From contig CBFDEM010000038.1 in NCBI GenBank assembly GCA_965603825.1, forward strand, positions 496,001-560,000: a DNA stretch of 64,000 nucleotides, written 5' to 3'. The stretch is from Blepharisma stoltei ATCC 30299. Its lineage: Eukaryota > Protista > Ciliophora. A program made the position numbers and the translations under genes. The notes below the pieces were generated by a model. The model did no database searches, was not told the origin of the DNA, and saw only the letters and a list, made by a program, of their open reading frames with translations. Below are positions 25,930 through 37,401 of the stretch, in pieces. Position 1 is the stretch's first letter. Each line of letters begins with the position of its first letter.

Positions 25930-26729
25930 TGAATTTACAAGCCTTAATTTTAATAGTGAAATTGCAATTAAAAAAGAATACTTTAATTATCAGAAATTGA
26001 AAATTAAACTTTAAGATTATATGGAGTTTATAGATTTTTGATATTAATTTTAATTATAAGGATCAATAAAAGTACAGTGATATTAAGTAATATCTTAAAA
26101 CTATTTAAATCATGATTTTATTATTAATTTAAATAAGACTCCATATCCAATAAAGCACTATTTAAGTCTTATGGGTGATCGCAAAACTTTAATACCAAAG
26201 TTCAGAAGGTTAATTATAGAAGTTAAAATATCTCCATTCAATTTTATTAAAAAAATTTAACAGCTTAAATTTTTAAAGTGTATTAAAGCAATTTAAATGA
26301 TTATAAATATCATAAAAACTCATAAATTATACGAGCCAAAAAAAATTACACAATATCTCTATTCTGCATTTATCTTAATTTCCCTTCCTCAAAAAAGATC
26401 AATCTTTTGTTGAATTGCTTCATATATTTTTTTTGGCAGATTTAATAGCTAATTAAATATGGATATAATTAATAAAACCATACCTTTCAGATATAATTAT
26501 ATAAAAAATATTCCGAAGGAGAGCATTAAATTAATTAATTTTTAAAAATAAATTTTATTTATCCATTAAGAATCCTCAGTAATTTCAGCATTTATATGCT
26601 ATTCAGAAGTTTTAAAAGGGTGATTTTAATTTTATTTTTAGTTTAATAATTCGGCTTAATTTAAACTTCTAATAAAAATTCATATCATTTAATAAAATAA
26701 AACAATCGCCAATACATTGAGATATAAAA

Positions 26730-29700
26730 ATGTTTGAATTTGAGAGATCAATATTAGGCGAAGATATTTTCTTCGAAGGAAAAGAAAAAGTGCTAATTAA
26801 GTCGATTCAGCAAGTTTCCCCTATCGGATACATCGGAAACATTTTTAAAGAAGAATACAGCAGTAAAGTTCCAATCAAAAGACAAGTAATTATTGAAACA
26901 GTAACAAGCATTATTATTGCCCTCCAAATGACTTCAATAAGCTGATACTCAGAGATGCCAATAGACAATTGGAAAGACTACGACAGTTTTTGACAAATGA
27001 TTGGAGTTTTCAATATTGAAATGGTATGTGCACATTATGGTTTTCTTGATGACTGCTTTTTTGGGTCAATTGCTATTGTTTCTGTAGCTTTGGCTGCTGT
27101 CCTTGTATCTGGAATATTAGCTTACTATCATAAAATTTTCCCACAAATACTTGAAACTACTCTCCGAAGCTATATAAATTTGGTTTCAACTGTTTTCTTT
27201 ATCCCCATTTTGACGATGCTACTTTATGCTTTTGATAGATCTGTTGCGAATAGAGATATAAATGACCCATATGCGACAGATAGGACAGAGAGTCAAGTTA
27301 AATTTGGAATTTGAGGAGTATTAGTTAGTTTTTCTTTTATATTAATATTCTTAGCAATCACCATACTTTATGTATTATTTACTGCTGACTTATGCCACTC
27401 TAATTGTAAAAGAAACATCAAAGCAAGATCCAACTCATCTCTCGATATCGCGGTGGTTGCTTTACATACAATCCAATGTATTTTATACTTCGCTACTCCT
27501 AAAAGTCATATATTAAATTCTGAATTCATCCTCCTGCTACTATCTGTTTCTCTAATAGGTGTATTCTGGCTTCAACTCCCTTATTACAATTTTATAGGAA
27601 ACATAATAGTAATTTCCAAACTTTCCTCATATATTCTTATGATTTTTTCTTTGATTTTCTCAAACTTAATAAACGACGCAAGGGCAGCTTTATTTTGCTA
27701 TATCATTTTGCAGCCTATTCTTTTGCTGAATATTTTCCGAATTCTTAAAGACAGGCATAACGAAATCCCTGATCAGTCTCTTATTTATACAGACCAGTTT
27801 GATTTTGAACTAAAATCACGACATTTATTAGTTGATAAAAACCTCGAAGACAAAGAAATCGTAGTGGATTTATTTAATGAGCTATATAAAACAAAAAGGC
27901 TCATAATAAACAAGCTGGCTGTCGTTTGGGAATTTTATTTTTGTTTTCATGTTATGAAAGACGAAAGGCTTGCAAGGGTCAGATTAGTGAAAATTCCTAT
28001 GGTAAATAACTGTCTTGAAGGTAGCGTCCAGGAATGAAAAATTTTAAGAAAACTGTGAATGTCAAGAGATGATGATTTAAATGATATTAAATATATTGAA
28101 TATTTACTAGACATTGAAAGTGCTAAGGTTTATGATAAAGAATTATGTATGAGCTTGCTTGTTTTATTAGCCGAATTTGTGACAAGATCGCCGAGGATTG
28201 GCAAACTGACTACAATTGTGACAAAAGCAACTGATATGCTTTGCAAAGTCCAATCTTCATACTCGAGACTTATTGAAACTTATAGAAACTTGGAAGCATT
28301 TGATATTTATATTTCGCTTTCAGAAAATATTCTTAGACATGCTGATGAAGCCAATTTAATAAAAAAGAAAAAAAGCCGATTTGCAGAGCTGGATTTGGTG
28401 CTTAAATACGAAAATTCATTAAATAGATTTGACGACCGTGTGGGAATTATTTTGATTTCTGCAAATCCAGACTCCTTTGGGACTCTTTCATATGTCAATG
28501 AAAAAGCAGCCCAATACTTAAGACAGCCAATGCAGTGCTTGCTAGGAACCGACCTATCTGATTTTGTGCCATGGCCTTATAATCTCAACCACAAAGAAAT
28601 CATGAAAAAATTCGCAGCCAGCTGCAAAGACTCCAATGCCCAAATTTCTCCTATATTTTTCCTCCTAGATGGCCACAACTTCTTATTCGAGTGCAAAATC
28701 CAAATGAAATACACGGCGCTGGGCTACAATGCATTCTTTTTAGTATCCATTCAAGTCCACAATTTCTCCCGCGAGCTTATTTTACTGTCATCAGAAGGCC
28801 ACATTCTTGGATTTTCTAGTAAAGTCCCCAGTATTTTTAACTCCCTTGACCGCAGAATATTAAATCAAGCAAATATTACCCAGCTGGTTCCTCATTACTT
28901 CGAAATTGCCCTTAATAAACCTTTTTTTATGCTATATGGAGGACATCCTTTATGTGTGGTAAAGCAAAATCTTGTATTTAAATCTACGACGCTGCATCTG
29001 CTTTTTATTGTATGGGACAATGATAAAATTCAGCAGTTAAAATCTGGGAAAAGCTTTGAGCAGACTTTTAAAAATAACTCCCGCAAGCGGAAAGTGAAGG
29101 AAAAGTCGACAACTTTTTTGAATGAATGAAAAATGAGAGAAAAAAGGATTGAAGAAAGGATTATGGATTCTAAAGAGTTTAATAAGGATTATAAAGAAGA
29201 TCTCAATACAACAACTGTTTTAAACTCAACTAATGGGGATATCCAGTCTAAGACAGTCAGTTTAAATCCAAGCAGCAGCTCAAGCACGTCTAGCAGTAAT
29301 AGCTAATTAGACATAATAAATGCATTCGCATTACAGTTGGAAAGAGCTATCAAAATCTTCAAGTGGGTTTTATTGTGCGCAGTAAGGCTTATATAGATTG
29401 TAGCAGTTATTTCTACAAACATCGCAATTCTAGCAACAGTGTATGAAATTGTATCTCATACAACTACCATAAGGACTTTTTCTGACCTCGGACAGATTTC
29501 TTACTATATCACAACTTTAGCTGATACAGTAAGGTCTATTGATCTTGATTTGAGGCTGAATATGTTTAATTTGACCAATGATGTGGCAGTCCTCACTGAT
29601 GATGTAGACCATTTAATGAGCCTGCAAAACACAATTCTGGATGACTATGATGACTGGAAATACTGCTCATCATCAGAAATTGTCATAAATAAAAAAATCC

Positions 29701-30914
29701 CTCTATGAATTTTCGACTCCAAGCAAAAAATTGAAGAATATAATCTACTAGATACAGTCCAACTTTTTATTAACCATGTAAAATACATTTAGTGTAATAA
29801 TGTTCTAAACGCTGCAGCCACAAAAGGGCAATACAGGTCTGATTTATTGTTTTTGATAACTAATAGCTTAGGGTCAGCTTATGATGAAATAAATTTATCA
29901 CTAAAAGATCTAGTTGACTGTGAAGTCAATAGAATCCAAGACTCAGGAAACAAGGTAAGAGTACTAATTATCTGCGTCATTGTTTTGCTAGGTGTTGTAG
30001 GGATTTTTCTTTCTATAAGCATTATTTTTGTGGAGAGAAAATACGAGAAATTCTGAGAGTACGCAAGAGAAAATGCATATAATTCTTATTTTCGCTTGAA
30101 AAGTGCAGCTATTGAGAGGCTGTCAAACGTGCATGGGCTGGGGTCTCCAGATGATGAAAATCTTAAAAAGCTGAAAAAATCAGAAAGGCTGAACATTAAA
30201 TCAGGGATTTTCAGAAGATATAGCTCACGAATTCTCATTTTCATTGTGATTGCTTTATCATTCTACCTATTAACTCTCTTTTATCTCTATGAAAACTGTG
30301 AAAACAGCATGAAAGACCGGCCAAGAGTCCTCTATAGCTTAATTTTTACAAGGGCGCTGCTTTCAAAGGTCGGACTATGGGTCCGAGAGGTAATCCATCA
30401 TACATTATTTGCTCAGTATCCAGCAGCATACCAATTCCCTTACCCAGACCTCGAATTTGAAATCGTTATAAATGATTTGGTCAGACAGGTCAAAGATTTG
30501 AGGAGATCTGACTTTTTAAAGCTGATGTCTGATGGGCTAAAAGATAGGATTTTTGAGCAATCTGACGTAGAAAAGCCTATTTTGATGTATGGCTCTAAGT
30601 CTGCTATTGATGCAGTTATTCTTGACTCTTATTCGTACTCGACGACCACTTATACAATTTCTAATCAAATCCTTTCTTATTATATTGCAAACTACTCTAT
30701 TGTCAGAGACGAAGTGGGGGTTAATTATGATATGACTGACACAGACTCTAAAAATAAAATCACTGAAGAGCTCGTCGTGTTTATTTATGTGACTATTGTG
30801 TACTCAATAATTCTTGCACTTATATATTTATTATATTATTTGCCGTTTTTATCGAAAGAAGTGAGGTTTTTGAATAAGCTGAAAATGCTGGTCTCAATTC
30901 TTATAGAAAAATAG
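26730..30914 (+). CDS. Multi-pass membrane protein with PAS domain (TmcB/TmcC-like; ~1379 aa, 3 introns)
   Basis: Seven track ORFs share one frame, joined by TGA=Trp and three 15-nt introns. N-terminal TM bundle, PAS segment (GTLSYVNEKAAQYL...LSDFVPWPYNLNH), further TM helices. Confidence 0.85.
29296..29310 (+). other. 15-nt intron GTAATAGCTAATTAG
   Basis: GT-AG, A at position 10; removes in-frame TAA 29304-29306. Confidence 0.8.
29382..29396 (+). other. 15-nt intron GTAAGGCTTATATAG
   Basis: GT-AG, A at position 10; removes an in-frame TAG inside a TM helix. Confidence 0.85.
29778..29792 (+). other. 15-nt intron GTAAAATACATTTAG
   Basis: GT-AG, A at position 10; removes an in-frame TAG. Confidence 0.85.
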
Positions 30915-31183
30915 TTAACCTAATCAATATTAAAATTATTAACTTGTTGAATAGCAAAAATATCTATTGCTTCTAAATTCGTTTATCAACAAAATTAATT
31001 CAAATAGCACTCAAGCTGGCCTAAAATTTATGAGTTTAGTCCTTTTGAGCATTTAAAGAATTATTTATTTTTTATTTTATGAAAATAATAAAAAGATATA
31101 ACTCACAGTAAAGTTTTATATAATAAAAAAGATTGGATCTTTGTTTATACCAATCAATAAAAACTATTTGTTTAGTTTAGAGT

Positions 31184-32119
31184 TTAAGATGAGGCTTTGC
31201 GGACTTTAAATTCTATTTGATGGGCTTGGAAATAATCATAAACCGCAAAATTAATTCCTATCGTTGGCACTACCTTCACAACATTGACCAATACTCCTCG
31301 GTAAAAACCTCTCACACCTTGAGATTTCAGTGTTCCTTTAACACAACTCAAAATTGAATCATACCCCTCTGTATATCCTTCAGACTTGCTAATTTGCAGT
31401 TTTCTTTTGATTGTGTCAAGTGGATAAAACAGTGTTTCCGCTGCCAGTCCTGCCAAACTTCCAGCACTAAAATACTTTCCAATCTCTTTATACTCGCTCT
31501 GCTCATTATTTTCCATCCATTGTCTTATTTCTTCATGCAAATAAAAAGCTAAACCTAAATACGGCCCCATTGTTGCCACAGAAATCATATATCCTTGATA
31601 AGCTCCTTTAATTTTATGCTCATCAAACGCACTTTTAATACAGCTCCACGATGATGCATGAATTCGATGTCTTCTTATTCCAAAATCTCCTGCCATTCTT
31701 GTCCTTGCTAAGTCAAAAGGATAAGCCCATGTCATGATTAAAGTCCCTGTTATCCAGCCTGCACACCATTCCAGTAGCATTTTCTCAAATGTCGTTTTTT
31801 CTTTACTTCCTCGAATTATTATATTCCTAATCCTTAATCCAATCCAAAATTTCATTGAAGTTGACGAAAATATTGAAAGAAGACTTGCACAGTTGCCTCG
31901 CCAATAACCAAAGAAGCCTTCTCGGCTTGGAACTGATGACAAATAATGAGCGACCCCTCGATATCGTTCATGGACTGGCAGATTAGAAATATCTTGTGTT
32001 TGGAGGATAAGCTTAATTCTTTCCAATGGGGCAAGTGTTGTTTTAGCGATAGCTGCTGGAACAAAGCCGTAAGCTATGGCGTGGAAGTATCATTTTAAAC
32101 GGGAGTCTCTGCGTTCCAT
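31184..32119 (-). CDS. Mitochondrial carrier (SLC25), adenine-nucleotide/CoA carrier-like (~311 aa)
   Basis: Three Px[D/E]xx[K/R] signatures (PLERIK, PFDLAR, PLDTIK) and WRGN. ATG 32119 is reached through one TGA. Confidence 0.9.
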
Positions 32120-32551
32120 TTAGGATATTATGATTTACCACAAATGATTATAATGATAAATGGAAATTAAGCTTAGCTGCAGTTATGAATAGATTTTATG
32201 ATGATAAAGCTATCAGGATCAAGATATGGATGCTTCTTTGGCCTTTAATGATATCCTCTGAATAAACTTACAAGTAGAGAATTAACATTTCTTTTTGTAT
32301 TTTCAAAAGATCATTAAAATCGTAAATATCTATCAACATGCAATAAGATCTGCTTTATCTTATAACAGCAGCAATAATCTTGCTTTCATAAGTAATTAAT
32401 TATGATCCTTATAATATTTGCATTAAAAGACTTAAATTTGTAAGAATTAGCATATGATTATGCTTTATTAAATTCTTCTACTTCTATTTTTAATGCCAAT
32501 TTGATAAAATATTACAAGCCTAATTTATTAATCCTTACTTTTCTAACTAAA

Positions 32552-33367
32552 TTATAGATTTAAATTACATAAAGGGCACTTGGTTTTTCTACTTAGCCAC
32601 CCCATTATACAATTTTGATGGAACAGATGATTGCGTGGCAATCCGAATATAGCTTCATTTATTGTAAATTTTTCAATGCAAATAGCGCATAAATCAGGCG
32701 CCATCCCAATTTGATAGTCAATTTTTCTTGGTTTTTGCTTATTTCTTTCAGATATCCCTTTTGAATAATTAAATCTATCAGAAAAATTGTAATTCACATT
32801 TAATTGGTCTGATGGTAGAGATTGATCAACTTCTTTTCCTTCTTCATGATCAGCAAGCTGCTCGCTGATCTGTAATAGTTGAGGACTCATTTCTCTTGGA
32901 CTTATTTGCCTTCTTGTGTTAACTCTCAAAGCTGCTTCACGCACCTTCTTGGCTTCTTCGCGAGCCTTCTTGGATTCTTCGCGAGCCTTCTTGGCTTCTT
33001 CACGACCCTTCTCGGCTTCCTCGCGAGCCTTCTCGGCTTCCTCGCGAGCCTTCTTGGCTTCTTCGCGAGCCTTCTTGGCTGCTTCACGAGCTTTAATGGC
33101 TTCTTCGCGAGCATTCTTGGCTGCTTCGCGAGCTTCAATGGCTTCTTCGCGAGCCTTCTTGGCTTCTTCGCGAGCCTTTTTGGCTCCTTCGCGAGCCTTC
33201 ATGGCTGCTTTGTTAGACTCCATCAAAATAATTTCATTGTTTTCTATTAATTTAACAGCTTCTTTCGTATTGCTAGCATTCTGCAGTATATTATCCATTA
33301 TATTTTCTTGGAAATCTACAGCTTGCAGAGATATTTTCAAAGAATTTCATTGTGAAAGTCTTTCCAT
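32552..33367 (-). CDS. Degenerate RING-H2 family member with heptad-repeat expansion (~271 aa)
   Basis: ATG 33367 via TGA=Trp. C-terminal CAICIE...LPRNHLFHQNC...CPLC has the third zinc ligand changed from Cys to Arg. Confidence 0.7.
32927..33199 (-). repeat. Coding tandem repeat, 13 x 21 bp (KAREEAK consensus)
   Basis: Repeated cttggcttcttcgcgagcctt-type units on the + strand; 13 heptads counted in translation. Confidence 0.95.
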
Positions 33368-34270
33368 ATTTAATCTTTCTATACTTTTAAAAGACAAAAT
33401 TTTGCAGTTAAGCCAAAATTGAAATAATCCTGGTTTATACCCAAGAGATGAATTCTTTTATCCAAAAGAAGTTGGAAATCCACTATTATGGCAGATTTTC
33501 AAGCTGACAAGCTTGCTATCTGCTGGAGCTGAAAAGGCTGATAGATTCAATTTTCTATAATATTTAAATCGGAAAGTGCTTTTTTTTGCTTCTGCTGAAT
33601 TAAAGCATAAATAAAGAAAAAATTTGTCTATATCGAATTCAATATATAAATAAAGTAATTGTTTAAATTAGCTCTTAATGATATTATTTTATTAACTTGT
33701 CTTAACCTATATAATGAGGGACTTTCTTGAAAGATACATTTAAATAATAAAAGCATTTGACTATGCATTCTTTATTTTATAAATAATGGATTTAAAATAT
33801 GAATTTTGTGATGGGTAATATTAAAACTTGCTGAAGATAGTAAATCCAACTCTGGAAATCTGAAGGAATCCAATAATCTGTAATTTGATTTTCAATTGTG
33901 ATAAATGGAAAAAAATAAGAATTTTATTGATCTAAATATAGCAAATTGTTTCGATCTGCTAGATAAATATGATTTTGCTATACTCTGAAAACTAATAACG
34001 AAAATGACACTATTTTTTCCTTGAATTTTTTGTATTTTAATTGAAACATAATATATCGATAAAAATCCATTTAGCATCGAGGTCATCTCTGATATAAATC
34101 TCAATGGCTTTTTTTCAGCATAGTGCTGACTTCTATATTAAAATTTTTTTAATTTTTTAAATTATGATGCTATTAATTTATCTATTGAGTTATTACTAGA
34201 GTAATTAAGATTAAGTTACATAATTAATCTTAGCAAGCATAGCCATCAATGCTATATTTTATAAATAAAA

Positions 34271-35491
34271 TTATATATCTAAAAGATCGAGAGGGCACTT
34301 GGCACTCATTTTTAGCCACTTCTTTATGCAATCATTATGAAAGCAATGATTGCATGGCAACTTTTGTAGGAACTCATTAGCAGTAAAGGCTTCCATACAA
34401 ATTGCGCAAGTATCAGGACTCGTCCCAGCCTGGTATCTGATTTCTCTAAGTTTTTTCATATTACTTTCAGAAATCCCATTTGGGCGATAATAACTTTCTA
34501 AAATATTCAATATATAAAGTTGAGAACGCGGAGGAAATACATTTCCATTGATAATTATTGGCTCAGGAGATATATATTGATAGTTATCACCTTCATGATA
34601 AGCATCTTGCTCTTCAAATGGGATTTCTTCATTTATATTTTGTCGCTCCTGAAGTAAATTCTGATTTATAGGTTCTTCCCAATCAGCAAATTGCTCCTCA
34701 ATTGGGAAGTCTTCATTTATCTGTTCTGAGTATAAATATGGATGCAAGATATCTTCTTTTGACTCCTCTCTTGCTGCCTTTATTTCTTCAGGAGAAAAAT
34801 CTTGAATATCCTCATTTCTTGGTCTTTCCTGACATCCTCTTCTGATGATATTTCTTTTTATTTCATTAAAAGCAGTCTCTAAAGATTTCCCTTGCTGCTT
34901 CAGTTTCTGGGCGTAAGTATCAACTGGCCCACCTTTACAAAACAATCGATCTCCTATATCTTCAACAATATTGATAATTTTATGAAAGGCGCTATTTGGT
35001 TCGGCAGGCTTTTTAGGAACTTTATTTTCTTCTTGAAAATTATTAAAAATTGCAAGTCCTATGTGTAAAAATTTTTCTGCATCACTCATCGAAGCTGAAT
35101 TTTTGGCAGGCTGTTCAAGGACTTGATTTTTTTCTTGAGGTTTTTTGAAAAATATTATAGGCAATGGCTTTTCAGCAGCTTCATGGGCACGCTTTTTAGG
35201 AGCCTGATTTATTTCTGGAGGATTGTTGAGAAAATCAAGTGCTTCTGTAAGTGATGGCTTTTCAGCAGCTTTGCTGACAGCGTCTAAAGGGTATCCCATT
35301 TCGCGAAGCTGCAGGAAGTAATAATCTTTCGCTGGAATTTGACTTCGGCCTTTTTCGGTGACATCTAAAATGCATTGGATTGCTTCACTTATATTATCGG
35401 TCTGCCAAAGTGCAATTGCGATTACATTTTCTTTAAATCCTAGCTCTAATAGCTTATTTTTTAGAGAATTTGTATCTGAAGAGCCGTTCAT
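34271..35491 (-). CDS. Tandem UBA + RING-H2 E3 ligase (406 aa)
   Basis: LLELGF...AIQCIL and LREMGY...ALDFL UBA-like motifs; CAICME...LPCNHCFHNDC...CPLD. Confidence 0.9.
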   Translation of the reverse strand: MNGSSDTNSLKNKLLELGFKENVIAIALWQTDNISEAIQCILDVTEKGRSQIPAKDYYFLQLREMGYPLDAVSKAAEKPSLTEALDFLNNPPEINQAPKKRAHEAAEKPLPIIFFKKPQEKNQVLEQPAKNSASMSDAEKFLHIGLAIFNNFQEENKVPKKPAEPNSAFHKIINIVEDIGDRLFCKGGPVDTYAQKLKQQGKSLETAFNEIKRNIIRRGCQERPRNEDIQDFSPEEIKAAREESKEDILHPYLYSEQINEDFPIEEQFADWEEPINQNLLQERQNINEEIPFEEQDAYHEGDNYQYISPEPIIINGNVFPPRSQLYILNILESYYRPNGISESNMKKLREIRYQAGTSPDTCAICMEAFTANEFLQKLPCNHCFHNDCIKKWLKMSAKCPLDLLDI

Positions 35492-35661
35492 GTTATTAAT
35501 TGATAATTCTATAATTCAATTTTACACTCATCTTTAAAGCAATTTCTATAAGCTTTGTTTTTATAGTAAATTTTTTATCATTTTAATTTAATGAATTTTT
35601 AATTAAAAAAAATTAAGAGGCTTAATTAAATATTACCTCTCACGAATCCAGACAAACCAGA

Positions 35662-36552
35662 TTATATATTTAAGTTGCAGAGAGGGCACTTGGTGCTCCT
35701 TTTAAGCCACTCCAATATGCAGTCTTGATGAAAAACATGATTGCACGGCAGCATATAGACTTGCTCATTTACTTCAAAGTCTTCCATGCAAACTGTACAA
35801 GACTCAGGTTTCATCCTAAGCTGATACCCAATTTTTCTCAATTTTTTCTTGTCTCTTTCCGAAATCCCTCTTTGAGGGATAATATTATCCAAAATAATTA
35901 AAATTTCTAGATAAGAAGTTGGGCTAACGACAACCCCATCTATAATTATTGGCTCACCAGATATATACTGACCATCTTCTTTTAGTTCTTCATTACCAGG
36001 TAGCCTTTGACGTCTTCTTCGAGCAAAATTTCTTTGCAGCTCTCTAAAAGCGTCCTCAAAAGTCATCCCATCCCGCAAAAATTGTTCAGCATATTTTTCA
36101 ACTTTTCCTCCAGCTGATAAATCATTTCTGACCCTTTCGACTTCATTTGAAAGGTGATTTAAGAAGTCACCTACTTTTTTGGCTTCGTTTTGAAGCAAAC
36201 CTCTCATTTGACTAAATAAATTTCTTCCTGGCTGTCTTTGATTTTGAGCAGGATTATCAGGAATGGCTTTAGACTCTTCAGGAGGATTGTCGAGAAAGTC
36301 TATGGCTTCATTAAGTGATGATTTTTCAATAGCCATGATAACAGCTTCGCAAGGGTATCCCATTGAAGAAAGGTAGTTAAAATAATATTCTTTGGGGGAA
36401 ATTTGGCCTCAAGTATTTTGGATGAATTCACATAAATCAACTGCTTTTTCCATCTCGCTAGTCTTTCATACTGCAATTGTCGCCAGATTTTCTTGATAAC
36501 CCATCGCCAATAGCGAATTTTTCAAAGAATTAGCATCTAGTGGACCATCCAT
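35662..36552 (-). CDS. Tandem UBA + RING-H2 E3 ligase paralog (~296 aa)
   Basis: Extends to ATG 36552 via two TGAs; colinear with 34271..35491; intact C3H2C3 RING. Confidence 0.9.
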
Positions 36553-37024
36553 GCTATTTAAATTTTCTATAATTATAATACATTGAGCATTAAATTTATA
36601 GCCTATGAATATTTAATAAATTATAAAATTTTATATTATCTGGCGCTTTATAAAAGCAAAAAATGCAATTATTATTTAAAATTTGCATTTAATTAAGCAT
36701 AGAAATTTTTAATTAATTTATTTTAATGCTATTTTGCTAGAAAACCTAAATATTTAAATAAAATAGTTTCCTAATATTTGCAATAGGGCAGTTATTAGTA
36801 TTTTTAAATTATTTCAACAATTAGTTTATCCAGTTCAATCTACATAAATTTTTCTTCAAAGCTGCTTCAGAGCTTTTAAATTTTAGGTCTTGATCCTTTA
36901 TGGACATAAGTTATCAAAATCTCAACATATCTATTCAATAATGTGCGTCTACACTATCCACAAGAATTCATTAGCTAAGATTAATCTCGGAGCTTATTTA
37001 GCTCTTTTTAATTATTCACCTTTA

Positions 37025-37381
37025 TTAGCCAAACACAACATCTGATCTAAAAGATGAGATGACATCACTTACATCTTCCAAGTCTTGCTCAATAACTCCT
37101 CTTTCTCTTAAGACTTGAAACAGGTTGGACACAAATCTATCATAATGAGCACCAGTAATTCCCATTCCTACATGCACCCTTCTAATTGATGTAAAAAAGT
37201 GATTTTCCGCGGTACCAAGTGCTGCCTTCAACAGTCCTGCATTCATTGCTTTTACTCTTTCGACGTCTTTTCCTACAAAAAATCCTTGCAGTGTAGGATC
37301 AGATATATTTAGGTTATAAAATTCATCGAGAACTCTATGCCAGAACGGATCTCCTCCGTATTTTTCAAACAACGAGGCCAT
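37025..37381 (-). CDS. Group I truncated (2/2) haemoglobin (118 aa)
   Basis: SLFEKYGG, B9-B10 FY, DPTL.GFF (CD1 Phe), AALG and proximal His in RRVH. Confidence 0.9.
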   Translation of the reverse strand: MASLFEKYGGDPFWHRVLDEFYNLNISDPTLQGFFVGKDVERVKAMNAGLLKAALGTAENHFFTSIRRVHVGMGITGAHYDRFVSNLFQVLRERGVIEQDLEDVSDVISSFRSDVVFG

Positions 37382-37401
37382 ATTTATCAACTATTTAATT
37401 C

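Noticed and set aside
32879-33422. Plus-strand and alternative-frame ORFs over the 21-bp repeat; CRISPR-like array
   Set aside because: These are shadows of a coding heptad repeat. There are no unique spacers and the context is eukaryotic.
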